Positions 39,701 through 47,561 of a DNA stretch of 64,000 nt are shown here, piece by piece. The stretch comes from Eubacteriales bacterium (GTDB lineage Bacteria; Bacillota; Clostridia; Oscillospirales; SIG627). Position 1 is the stretch's first letter. The number at the start of each line of letters is the position of its first letter. Under the pieces are notes generated by a model. The model did not search any database. It saw only the letters and a list, made by a program, of their open reading frames with translations, and was not told where the DNA came from. The translations under genes and the position numbers were made by a program. The stretch covers positions 1,261-65,260 of the forward strand of contig JAZOQB010000047.1 in NCBI GenBank assembly GCA_045655865.1, read 5' to 3'.

Positions 39701-40876
39701 ATGGAACAGGAAAACGAAAAGAAAAAAGGCGGTTTTTATCGCCGTCCGAGACACGGACAAAAACGGAATTTTCATAAAAATAAAAAGCCATTGCGCGCTC
39801 CTCAGGAAAAAGATGAGGTAAAGGAAGAAACGGTATCCACTCCGGCATCTCCCGTTCCCTCCGAAGCATTACCGGAGATCTCTAAAATGCCGCCGGTTGC
39901 CGTGCAAGAAAAAACGACCGGCTCGGAAGAGACACGCTTGAAAGAGATCGACGCAGAAAAGGCGGCTAGCTTTGAGACGCCAGCTTCAGAAGAGCAGAAG
40001 CAATATGAAGTTGTCGGCGTGCGCTTTCGTCCGGTGGGCAAGACCTACTCCTTTGATCCCCAGTCCCTCACTCTCAAAATCGGTGACCACATCGTCGTGG
40101 AAACCAGCCAGGGCTTGGAACTTGGTGTGGTAAGTACCGATCGGCACAGCGTTTGTGAAAAAGAACTGGTGCTCCCGTTGAAAAAGGTAGTGCGACTGGC
40201 CACGGATGATGATATTCGGCGAAGCAAGGAAAACCGCGAGCTGGAGATTCGCGCCAAAAAAGTATTTCTACAGAAAATTCAGGAACACGAGTTGGACATG
40301 GCTCTCTCCGATGTTGAGTGCTCTTTCGACAAATCCAAGATCATTTTTTACTTCACCTCGGAAGGACGTGTGGATTTCCGGGAATTGGTCAAGGATATGG
40401 CTTCCGTTTTCAAAACCAGGATCGAATTGCGCCAGATCGGGGTTCGGGATGAAGCCAAACAACTGGGCGGACTTGGAATTTGCGGCAGACCTCTTTGCTG
40501 TTCCACATTCCTTGAAGATTTCCAGCAAGTCTCCATCAAAATGGCAAAAGAGCAAAATCTTTCTCTGAATCCTACCAAAATCAGCGGTACCTGCAGAAGG
40601 CTAATGTGCTGTCTTCGCTATGAAAACGACGTGTACGTAGAAGCATCCAAGAAATGTCCCAAGGCTGATAGCCCTGTGATGACACCCCAGGGGCGCGGCG
40701 TGGTCACGGAGGCCAATGTACTAAGCGGCAAATGCAAAGTGCGGCTGGATGCAGATCCGGATAATCTAATTCCTTTTGCAGCTGAGGACTTAAAAATCCT
40801 TCCCAAACAGAAAAAGAATCCCCCTCAAGGCAAAGAAACTCGGGAAAAATCAGAAAAGGAGAAGGACGCTCCTTAA
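39701..40876 (+). CDS. ricT: PSP1-domain regulatory iron-sulfur protein RicT (YaaT)
   Basis: PSP1 core (VGVRFRPVGKTYSFD..., CGRPLCCSTFL, CRRLMCCLRYE), preceded by a low-complexity extension of about 100 aa. Confidence 0.9.
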   Translation: MEQENEKKKGGFYRRPRHGQKRNFHKNKKPLRAPQEKDEVKEETVSTPASPVPSEALPEISKMPPVAVQEKTTGSEETRLKEIDAEKAASFETPASEEQKQYEVVGVRFRPVGKTYSFDPQSLTLKIGDHIVVETSQGLELGVVSTDRHSVCEKELVLPLKKVVRLATDDDIRRSKENRELEIRAKKVFLQKIQEHELDMALSDVECSFDKSKIIFYFTSEGRVDFRELVKDMASVFKTRIELRQIGVRDEAKQLGGLGICGRPLCCSTFLEDFQQVSIKMAKEQNLSLNPTKISGTCRRLMCCLRYENDVYVEASKKCPKADSPVMTPQGRGVVTEANVLSGKCKVRLDADPDNLIPFAAEDLKILPKQKKNPPQGKETREKSEKEKDAP

Positions 40877-40891
40877 AATTCAAGAAAGCTC

Positions 40892-40919
40892 TTGAATTTT
40901 TAAAAACTAGTGTTATAAT
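40892..40919 (+). promoter_or_regulatory. Predicted sigma-A promoter of the mini-ferredoxin gene
   Basis: -35 TTGAAT (40892-40897), 16-nt spacer, TGt-extended -10 TATAAT (40914-40919). It overlaps a weak AT-rich hairpin (40877-40901) that may terminate ricT. Confidence 0.6.
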
Positions 40920-40949
40920 GTTACTATCAATCTTTGGGAGGTACTGAAA

Positions 40950-41123
40950 ATGGCATACATCATTTCTGACGAATGCGTTGGATGCATGGCTTGTGTTGAC
41001 GAATGTCCCGTTTCCGCCATCAGCGAAAAAGACGGCAAAGCTTTCATTGACAAGGACACCTGCATCGAGTGCGGCGCTTGCGCCGGCGCTTGCCCCGTGG
41101 AAGCGCCCCAGCCTGAGGCCTAA
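40950..41123 (+). CDS. 2x[4Fe-4S] clostridial-type ferredoxin (57 aa; below the ORF-track cutoff)
   Basis: MAYIISDECVGCMACVDECPVSAISEKDGKAFIDKDTCIECGACAGACPVEAPQPEA has two CxxCxxCxxxCP motifs. GGGAGG lies 8 nt upstream. It has its own promoter and terminator. Confidence 0.9.
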   Translation: MAYIISDECVGCMACVDECPVSAISEKDGKAFIDKDTCIECGACAGACPVEAPQPEA

Positions 41124-41136
41124 GAAAAAACAGCAC

Positions 41137-41170
41137 AAAAAACGCGATGCAAATCTGCATCGCGTTTTTT
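41137..41170 (+). terminator. Intrinsic terminator after the ferredoxin gene
   Basis: AAAAAA-CGCGATGCA-AATC-TGCATCGCG-TTTTTT. Confidence 0.9.
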
Positions 41171-41239
41171 CCTTGTGTTGAGCTTTTCACAAGGGAAGCA
41201 TTTTTCTTTCCCAACCCAATAGATTCCCGGAGGTTCATT

Positions 41240-42670
41240 ATGGAAGAAAAAATCAACGAAGTAGTTGAAAATGACGAAGTTGTCATCGAAAAACCGGACT
41301 ATTCTCAAGAGATCGTTACCATCCTCCGCGGAGACGATTCTCCTAAGACCATTCTCACAAAACTGGAAGACTACCACGGCAGTGACCTTGCACAAGCGCT
41401 TATGATGCTACCGCTTCCCGAGAGAAGGAAGTGCTGTAGGGTTTGCAATGCCGAAATGCTGGCCAAAGCGTTTGAACACCTCGAAGAAGAAATGGCCGCT
41501 GAAATGTTGAGTGAGATAGATTCTCGCAAGGCGGCGGCAGTCGTCTCTGAAATGGAAACAGACACGGCCGTTGATGTTCTCCGCCGGGTAACAAAAGAAA
41601 GACGGGCGCTGATCATTGACGCCATTCACCCTGAGATTCAAAACGAGATCCGTTTGATCGCTTCTTTTGACGAAGATGAAATCGGTAGTCGCATGACCAC
41701 AAATTACATCTGTATTCGCGAAAATTTGAGTGTAAAAGAGGCCATGAACGAGCTGATTCGTCAGGCCGAGGTCAACGACAATATTGCAACGCTCTTTGTC
41801 GTGGATGAAAGCGGAGAATTCTATGGGGCGCTGGATCTGCAAAAGTTGATTACTGCCAGAAGCACCGTTCCTTTGGAAAATCTGATCGTTACCTCCTTCC
41901 CCTATGTATATGCCAACGAAACCACCCAGGATTGCATTGAAAAATTAAAGAACTATTCGGAAACCTTGATCCCGGTTCTCAACAACTCCAATCAGCTCCT
42001 TGGAATCTTAACCTCTCAAAACATTGTGGAAGCGGTCGACGAGGAATTGGGAGAAGACTATGCTAAACTGGCCGGTCTAACCGCAGAAGAAGATCTCAAT
42101 GAACCCCTTTTCCAAAGCATGAAAAAACGGCTTCCCTGGCTGATTGCGCTACTGGTTTTGGGTCTTGTCGTTTCGGGCGTTGTGGGAGCCTTTGAAAGAG
42201 TGGTCTCTCAACTGACGTTGATCATGGCCTTCCAATCACTGATCTTGGGTATGGCAGGAAACGTGGGCACACAATCCCTGGCCGTTACCGTTCGGGTTCT
42301 GATGGATGAAAACCTCCGCTTTCGGCAAAAAATCCAACTTGTGGCAAAAGAGATGCGAGTTGGTCTGTGTAACGGAATTCTTTTGGGAAGTATCTCCTTT
42401 TTATTGGTTGGACTTTACATTCTTCTCTTCAAAGAAAAGACCCTTCTCTTTTCCTTTTCAGTTTCCGGTTGCATCGGCATTTCCCTTGTTCTTTCCATGG
42501 TTATTTCCAGTGCGGTTGGAACACTGATTCCCCTCTTTTTCAAAAAAATCAACTTAGATCCTGCCGTTGCCTCCGGTCCTTTGATTACCACCGTCAATGA
42601 CCTGGTAGCGGTAACGACCTACTATGGAATCAGCTGGGCATTGCTCTTAAATGTAATGCACTTGGCCTAA
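41240..42670 (+). CDS. mgtE: Magnesium transporter MgtE
   Basis: MgtE_N, tandem CBS domains and a 5-TM C-terminal channel domain. ATG 41240 follows GGAGG. The track start at 41147 lies inside the upstream terminator. Confidence 0.93.
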   Translation: MEEKINEVVENDEVVIEKPDYSQEIVTILRGDDSPKTILTKLEDYHGSDLAQALMMLPLPERRKCCRVCNAEMLAKAFEHLEEEMAAEMLSEIDSRKAAAVVSEMETDTAVDVLRRVTKERRALIIDAIHPEIQNEIRLIASFDEDEIGSRMTTNYICIRENLSVKEAMNELIRQAEVNDNIATLFVVDESGEFYGALDLQKLITARSTVPLENLIVTSFPYVYANETTQDCIEKLKNYSETLIPVLNNSNQLLGILTSQNIVEAVDEELGEDYAKLAGLTAEEDLNEPLFQSMKKRLPWLIALLVLGLVVSGVVGAFERVVSQLTLIMAFQSLILGMAGNVGTQSLAVTVRVLMDENLRFRQKIQLVAKEMRVGLCNGILLGSISFLLVGLYILLFKEKTLLFSFSVSGCIGISLVLSMVISSAVGTLIPLFFKKINLDPAVASGPLITTVNDLVAVTTYYGISWALLLNVMHLA

Positions 42671-42681
42671 AAACAAAACAG

Positions 42682-42713
42682 AAGCACCCCGCTGCCTTGC
42701 ATGCGGGGTGCTT
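42682..42713. terminator. Bidirectional intrinsic terminator (mgtE / convergent minus-strand operon)
   Basis: 11-bp stem AAGCACCCCGC / GCGGGGTGCTT with a 10-nt loop. T-rich on the 3' side of both strands. Confidence 0.8.
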
Positions 42714-42763
42714 TTCATTATTTCTTGGTTGATCAAAGCCTCGATCGTCCATCTGAAAACAGA

Positions 42764-43069
42764 TTACTGTCTGTCCACTTTGATTCCGTAGAGAGGATCG
42801 TCCCGGAGAAACGGAAAAAGCTCTCTTGCCTTCTTTTCTTCTCCCTGTGCTACCAGTGCTTGACAGATCAGGTATAAAAGGAGATTCTTTCTGTACTTTC
42901 GTTTTACTCTTTTCTGCCGGGAGCGCAGACAATTGAGATACTCTGGATCAAATTTAGACTTTTGAAACGCTCCCATTTCCCTTTGATAAAACTTGAGGCG
43001 ATCCAAAAAATAAAGAAGCAAAAAGAGAGAGAAAACAAAAAGAGCTCCAAAAAGAACGGCCGGCATCAT
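42764..43069 (-). CDS. Small single-TM basic protein, translationally coupled to the upstream cell-wall enzyme gene
   Basis: 101 aa from ATG 43069 (ATGA overlap with the stop at 43066-43068). MMPAVLFGALFVFSLFLLLYFL, then a Lys/Arg-rich tail. No family recognised. Confidence 0.65.
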   Translation of the reverse strand: MMPAVLFGALFVFSLFLLLYFLDRLKFYQREMGAFQKSKFDPEYLNCLRSRQKRVKRKYRKNLLLYLICQALVAQGEEKKARELFPFLRDDPLYGIKVDRQ

Positions 43070-46000
43070 GTGTGTTCCCCCGTAAGATAACCTTCCTGCA
43101 TCCGATACCAATCCAAAATTCCGTCTACCGTGGCATTGGCAACGGTGGTAGCATAATCTTGGCGAAGAGCTCTTTGATATTCCGCGGGTGAGCAGATAAA
43201 GGAAACCTCCAGAAGAGCTTGAGGAAAGCGATGATTGCGGCACACAGCAAGCTCCTGGGGCTCAGATCCCAGATCATAGCTGTGGAGTGCATGGCAGACA
43301 CTTTGCTGCACAGATTGGATCAAAGAGCGTCCGGCGGGAGACCAGAAAAGCCCAAGTGTTCCCTTGGTGCTATTGGCGTCATAACTTTCTGCAGTGGAAT
43401 TATGATGGATGGAAATGGCAAGGTCCGGGGAAGTCTGAGTGAGAAGATCCATCCTTTCATAAAGAGAAACGGTGGTATCATCGGAACGGGAAAGGATCAC
43501 GTTGGCACCCAGGCTCTCCAAAGCATCCCGAAGGGAAAGGACGACCCGAAAATTTAAATCCTCTTCATTTATCCCATCAAGAAAGCCAAGGGCTCCCACG
43601 TCTTTTCCGCCGTGGCCAGCGTCCACCAAAACGGTCTTCCCTGCAAGGGGCTGATCCCCCGGTGACAGACTTTGAGGAAGACGGAAGGATAAGAGGATGC
43701 CACCTTGCTCGTAGCAATAGCGAAATCCATAGTAATTATCCCGGGAAATCAAAGAGAAGGAAAGCGTCACCGTCTGACTTCTTTCATCCGATGAAAGCTG
43801 AATGCTTTGAAACAGACGGTTGTTCTCCGGAAGGTGCGGCTGTCCGTCCATGGAAAGATGGGTGCGGTAGAGAGTAAGAGAGATCTTCTCTCCATTGATT
43901 TTAGCGCTCAAGGGCGGTGAGCCCTCTCCCAGAGACAGAACAAAAGAAAGCTCCTTGTCTCCTTTTTCACTGCGAATGCCCACAAGAGCGGCATCCGAAA
44001 GAGCCTTGCCTTTTTCAATGGTGACATCATCCCGGGAAACATAGCCGCCAAAGGAGAGCCGGTAATAACCGTCAAAAAAACCGGTGACCCGATCGGTCAT
44101 TCCTACGGTAGTAGGCGTGTAATCCTCATAGAAGGAACTATAAGGGGAAATCTTGAGAAAGCTGTAATCCCGCTCCACCCGAGCAATAACGGGAAGATTT
44201 TCAGGAATCACTAAAACCGAAGGACCGGTAGCAACAGCCTTTTTTCCATCTTTGGTACAGGTGAACGTGACGGTACCATAAGAAACATAATCGGAGCCTT
44301 GTTCTACAACAGGAGCGGAAAGTGAGCCTATATAGACCTCTTTTAAAATTCCGCTACCGGTAGGACGGATGGTAGGACTCAGCTTTACTGTGTTTCCATT
44401 GAGCGATGCGGTGACCATGCTACCGGCGGGCGCTGTTACGGTCACGGGAATGTCCGAGCCGGATAGAGCAAGAACGCCCTGTTCGCTACGGGTCGGTGTG
44501 AAAGACTGGATCTGAAAAGACGGAAGCTTATCGGCGCCCGGGGAATCCATGCGAGTGAGAGTTAAAGAATAGCTCTTTCCGTTTTGGGTCAAAGTCAGGG
44601 TGTTTCTCCCCTTTTGCAGTGGCATGAGAATGGAAAAAAAACCGCTTTTGGTTCGTCCCACCTTCCCAAACGACGAGTACACAGGATAAGCGGGATCGGA
44701 AGAGGCCGAAACAAACTGGGCGGAGGTTGTGGTGCGCAGTCCGTTTTGGGGACGGGCAAATTGCACGCCCTGAACGCCGCTCACATACACGTCCTCCTCA
44801 TAGGGATCGTTATACAGTTCCTTGAGCGCATCCCGAATCCCTGCCGTATTGTTTTGAATGTCTGCAAATCCGTACTGAATATTTCCAAATGAGCCCATGT
44901 AATTTCTGGCATAGAGAATCTGCTGAACAATTTCATCGGCACCTTCAGAAAACTCTCCAACCTTGTAGGCGGCGTGGGAGATACAAAGCCCCACCCCGGT
45001 ACCATCCACCTGGGCGCTCCACCAACGGGTGAGCGTAGCGAAATCAGCAGCGGAATAGCCTCTCTCCCAATAGATCTGGGGGGCGATATAGTCTATATAG
45101 CCACCCCGAATCCAGGCCAGCGCATCACAATACAGCGAAGAATACGCTTCCATGCCACGAGTATCGCTTCCCATGGGATCCGAAGATGCATTTTTCCAAA
45201 TGCCAAAGGGACTGATACCAAAGTTAAGCTCGGGGTCAATTGATTTTATGGCATCAAAGCTCTTTTTTACCATTTCATTGACGTTGTTTCGGCGCCAGTC
45301 CCCCAAACTCTTACCATCACCGTTTTTGGAAAATGCATCGGCATCATCAAAGGTTTCTCCGTTGACCGGATATGGATAAAAATAATCGTCGAATAAAATG
45401 CCTTTGACGTCGTACCCGGAGCAAAGCTCCTCAAGGCCGGAAACGATCAGATCTTGTACTTCGGGGAGTGCAGGATTGTAGTAAAGCTTTCCGCCATAAA
45501 ACACCGTCCAATCCGGGTGGATTCGAGCAGGATTGGTTTGGGCAAGGCACGCGAGAGCGGCTTCTTTGGTCTTTGAGGTAAAATTGGTGATGCGGTAGGG
45601 ATTGACCCAGGCAACCACATCCATATCGTATTCTGCAGCACGAGATATCAAATAAGAAAGGGGATCAAACGAAATGGAGTCCCCTTCGTTTTCCACCAGA
45701 TATCGAGAAGTGGGAAACACCCGGGATTGGTAAAGGGCATCCCCGGAGGGACGAACCTGAAAATAGATGGTATCAAAGCCGGTAGAACGACTGGTTTCCA
45801 CGATGGCGTTCAATTCTTTTTTTAACTGCCCCTCAGACAAGCCCGGTTTTGAGGGAAAATTAATGTTCAAGGTCGTGGCAATATAAACGCCACGCAGTTC
45901 ATCTCCGGAATCCACCGGTGTTCTTTCTCCCCCGGTCAAGTTTTCCTCTTGCGTGTAGGGCTCCTGTTCCCCGGTGGTAGAAGGTGGCGTTTTTTTATCG

Positions 46001-46143
46001 CAAAAATAAGAGATCAAAAAAAGAACCGCGGCCATAACGAAAATCAGAAGGACACCAAGAGAAGAATAGAAAATGATCTTCCCTTTTTTGGTGGCCATGA
46101 AGGTATGAAAACGATTTTGTTTTGGTTCCAAATTTCCTTGCAT
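43066..46143 (-). CDS. Membrane-anchored multidomain cell-wall enzyme: GHL10 (YngK-like glycoside-hydrolase-like) domain + beta-rich middle + N-acetylmuramoyl-L-alanine amidase (Amidase_3)
   Basis: 1025 aa. N-terminal TM. GHL10 region (LRGVYIATTLNINFPS...TIYFQVRPSGDALYQS). C-terminal Amidase_3 (VLVDAGHGGKDVGALG...ISIHHNS). AAGGAGGAG RBS. Confidence 0.88.
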   Translation of the reverse strand: MQGNLEPKQNRFHTFMATKKGKIIFYSSLGVLLIFVMAAVLFLISYFCDKKTPPSTTGEQEPYTQEENLTGGERTPVDSGDELRGVYIATTLNINFPSKPGLSEGQLKKELNAIVETSRSTGFDTIYFQVRPSGDALYQSRVFPTSRYLVENEGDSISFDPLSYLISRAAEYDMDVVAWVNPYRITNFTSKTKEAALACLAQTNPARIHPDWTVFYGGKLYYNPALPEVQDLIVSGLEELCSGYDVKGILFDDYFYPYPVNGETFDDADAFSKNGDGKSLGDWRRNNVNEMVKKSFDAIKSIDPELNFGISPFGIWKNASSDPMGSDTRGMEAYSSLYCDALAWIRGGYIDYIAPQIYWERGYSAADFATLTRWWSAQVDGTGVGLCISHAAYKVGEFSEGADEIVQQILYARNYMGSFGNIQYGFADIQNNTAGIRDALKELYNDPYEEDVYVSGVQGVQFARPQNGLRTTTSAQFVSASSDPAYPVYSSFGKVGRTKSGFFSILMPLQKGRNTLTLTQNGKSYSLTLTRMDSPGADKLPSFQIQSFTPTRSEQGVLALSGSDIPVTVTAPAGSMVTASLNGNTVKLSPTIRPTGSGILKEVYIGSLSAPVVEQGSDYVSYGTVTFTCTKDGKKAVATGPSVLVIPENLPVIARVERDYSFLKISPYSSFYEDYTPTTVGMTDRVTGFFDGYYRLSFGGYVSRDDVTIEKGKALSDAALVGIRSEKGDKELSFVLSLGEGSPPLSAKINGEKISLTLYRTHLSMDGQPHLPENNRLFQSIQLSSDERSQTVTLSFSLISRDNYYGFRYCYEQGGILLSFRLPQSLSPGDQPLAGKTVLVDAGHGGKDVGALGFLDGINEEDLNFRVVLSLRDALESLGANVILSRSDDTTVSLYERMDLLTQTSPDLAISIHHNSTAESYDANSTKGTLGLFWSPAGRSLIQSVQQSVCHALHSYDLGSEPQELAVCRNHRFPQALLEVSFICSPAEYQRALRQDYATTVANATVDGILDWYRMQEGYLTGEHT

Positions 46144-46171
46144 AGGCTCCTCCTTTGCTTTTCTTTTTTCC

Positions 46172-46200
46172 AGTATATCAAAAGTCTTTGGTTTTTACAA
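46172..46200 (-). promoter_or_regulatory. Predicted sigma-A promoter of the GHL10-amidase gene
   Basis: Minus strand: -35 TTGTAA (46200-46195), 17-nt spacer, TGa-extended -10 TATACT (46177-46172). Confidence 0.6.
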
Positions 46201-46295
46201 TGGATTTGATCTTTCCTTTTTCATTTTATGTTCGGTACAACAGAAAAAGTCCCCTCTCCTTTGTAAATACCCAATGAAAACCAAGGATACCCATA

Positions 46296-46327
46296 CAAAA
46301 AATCCCCACCGATTGCTCGGTGGGGAT
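46296..46327 (-). terminator. Intrinsic terminator after the small membrane-protein gene
   Basis: 10-bp stem TCCCCACCGA / TCGGTGGGGA (46303-46312 / 46317-46326). On the minus strand it is followed by TTTTTTG. Confidence 0.88.
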
Positions 46328-46343
46328 CCGTTTTTCCTTCAAA

Positions 46344-46580
46344 TTACTTAATTACTTTTACAAACACAAGAATGGAGAGGACAACACCGATAAGGGCGTA
46401 CAATCCGACAACCGCTCCCAGAAGAGAAAAGATAATTCCAACAAGAGGAATCTTGGCAAAAAGGCCAATGACCGCTCCGCATAAAATATCTATAACAATA
46501 TAGATAATCAATGAAATGATAAAATCTTTCAGTTCGTTGGCTTTAAAGGCGTGGGGGAAAAACTTCTTCAGCATATCCAT
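46344..46580 (-). CDS. Small (78 aa) two-TM membrane protein, family not recognised
   Basis: MDMLKKFFPHAFKANELKDFIISLIIYIVIDILCGAVIGLFAKIPLVGIIFSLLGAVVGLYALIGVVLSILVFVKVIK. AAGGAG lies 10 nt upstream of ATG 46580. The track extension to 46712 covers the leader and promoter. Confidence 0.7.
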   Translation of the reverse strand: MDMLKKFFPHAFKANELKDFIISLIIYIVIDILCGAVIGLFAKIPLVGIIFSLLGAVVGLYALIGVVLSILVFVKVIK

Positions 46581-46606
46581 TTTGACAATTCTCCTTCGTT
46601 CCATGT

Positions 46607-46674
46607 AAAAAATTCCCATCATTGACTTTGAGCTTTTTGATGGGGCGAGGCGATCTGCTACGACCGAATCTCGC
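46607..46674 (-). promoter_or_regulatory. Structured 5' leader: 5'-terminal interrupted hairpin, then a hairpin followed by AA+U6 (possible attenuator)
   Basis: Minus strand: GCGAG(46674-46670)/CUCGC(46649-46645) plus inner CGGUC/GAUCG. Then CCCAUCA(46644-46638)/UGAUGGG(46621-46615), followed by AAUUUUUU (46614-46607). Confidence 0.35.
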
Positions 46675-46680
46675 TCCTTT

Positions 46681-46709
46681 AATATACCAGTTAAATGGAA
46701 ATATGTCAA
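46681..46709 (-). promoter_or_regulatory. Predicted sigma-A promoter of the small membrane-protein gene
   Basis: Minus strand: -35 TTGACA (46709-46704), 17-nt spacer, TGg-extended -10 TATATT (46686-46681). Confidence 0.7.
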
Positions 46710-46736
46710 CAAAATCCACCAAAATCCGTTACTCCG

Positions 46737-47390
46737 TTAAAATTGATCAAGCTCATGTTTGAGAGCAACTTTGAAAAATTCAGCGTAGGTATCATAGCCT
46801 TTTTTGTTATAATGCGTACCATCTTCCACAAACATGTCTGCGCTTTGAAGCGGAGCATAATCAAACACGTTCAAATAATGGCAATTGGGGGTGTTTTCAG
46901 CAAACGCTTTCAGAATCGCATTGTGCTTTTCCATATTGCAAAGCTCGGTTTCGGTATTTCCTCTGCGGCGATGAGAATTGCACAAATAAATCTGAATATC
47001 GGGAAAATCGGTGAGCGCATACACAATCACGCGCTGAGCCAGTTCCCACGCCTCTTCAAAGGAATATCCGAACGAAGAATAATTTCCGAGGGGAGAATAT
47101 ACCAACACCTTCGGTTCCAGCGGGCGCACCATGCGGGGATAGTAATAGAGTTGGTGCTCTGAGCAGCTTGATCCAAAACCGCGATTGATGGCACAAGGCT
47201 TACCGCTTTTTCCCAGTAAAGCTTCGCGAAGCGGAGTATGTCCCCATTTTGCGCTCCATCTTGTAAAATTGGAAGGTCCGTAAAAAACGATCTGCCCCTT
47301 TTCAATTGGCTCCTCCTCGTATTTACAAACAGCCTTTTCCATAGAATCTTTCCAAATATCAATGTATTTTAATCCAACTTTTACCGGCAT
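46737..47390 (-). CDS. SGNH/GDSL-like hydrolase family protein
   Basis: 217-aa ORF. Block I-like FYGPSNF (GDS variant), and block V DGTHYN (DxxH) near the C-terminus. Confidence 0.65.
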   Translation of the reverse strand: MPVKVGLKYIDIWKDSMEKAVCKYEEEPIEKGQIVFYGPSNFTRWSAKWGHTPLREALLGKSGKPCAINRGFGSSCSEHQLYYYPRMVRPLEPKVLVYSPLGNYSSFGYSFEEAWELAQRVIVYALTDFPDIQIYLCNSHRRRGNTETELCNMEKHNAILKAFAENTPNCHYLNVFDYAPLQSADMFVEDGTHYNKKGYDTYAEFFKVALKHELDQF

Positions 47391-47443
47391 TGCTTTTCCT
47401 CTCTTTCATAAAAAACGTGCTTTTGGCAGGATAGATTAATACA

Positions 47444-47471
47444 ATTATACCGCTAATAAAATTTTTTTCAA
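47444..47471 (-). promoter_or_regulatory. Predicted sigma-A promoter of the SGNH hydrolase gene
   Basis: Minus strand: -35 TTGAAA (47471-47466), 16-nt spacer, -10 TATAAT (47449-47444). Confidence 0.55.
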
Positions 47472-47561
47472 CAAAAACTCAAAAATCTCCAAGATAATAT
47501 TTCTGCAATCGGAAAAGTTAGTTCTATTGTATAACAAAACCGCCCTGTGTCTTTCAGATAA

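Noticed and set aside
41171-41239. An M-box (Mg2+) riboswitch, expected upstream of mgtE
   Set aside because: Only about 70 nt separate the ferredoxin terminator from the mgtE start. That is far shorter than an M-box aptamer, and I saw none of its conserved helices.
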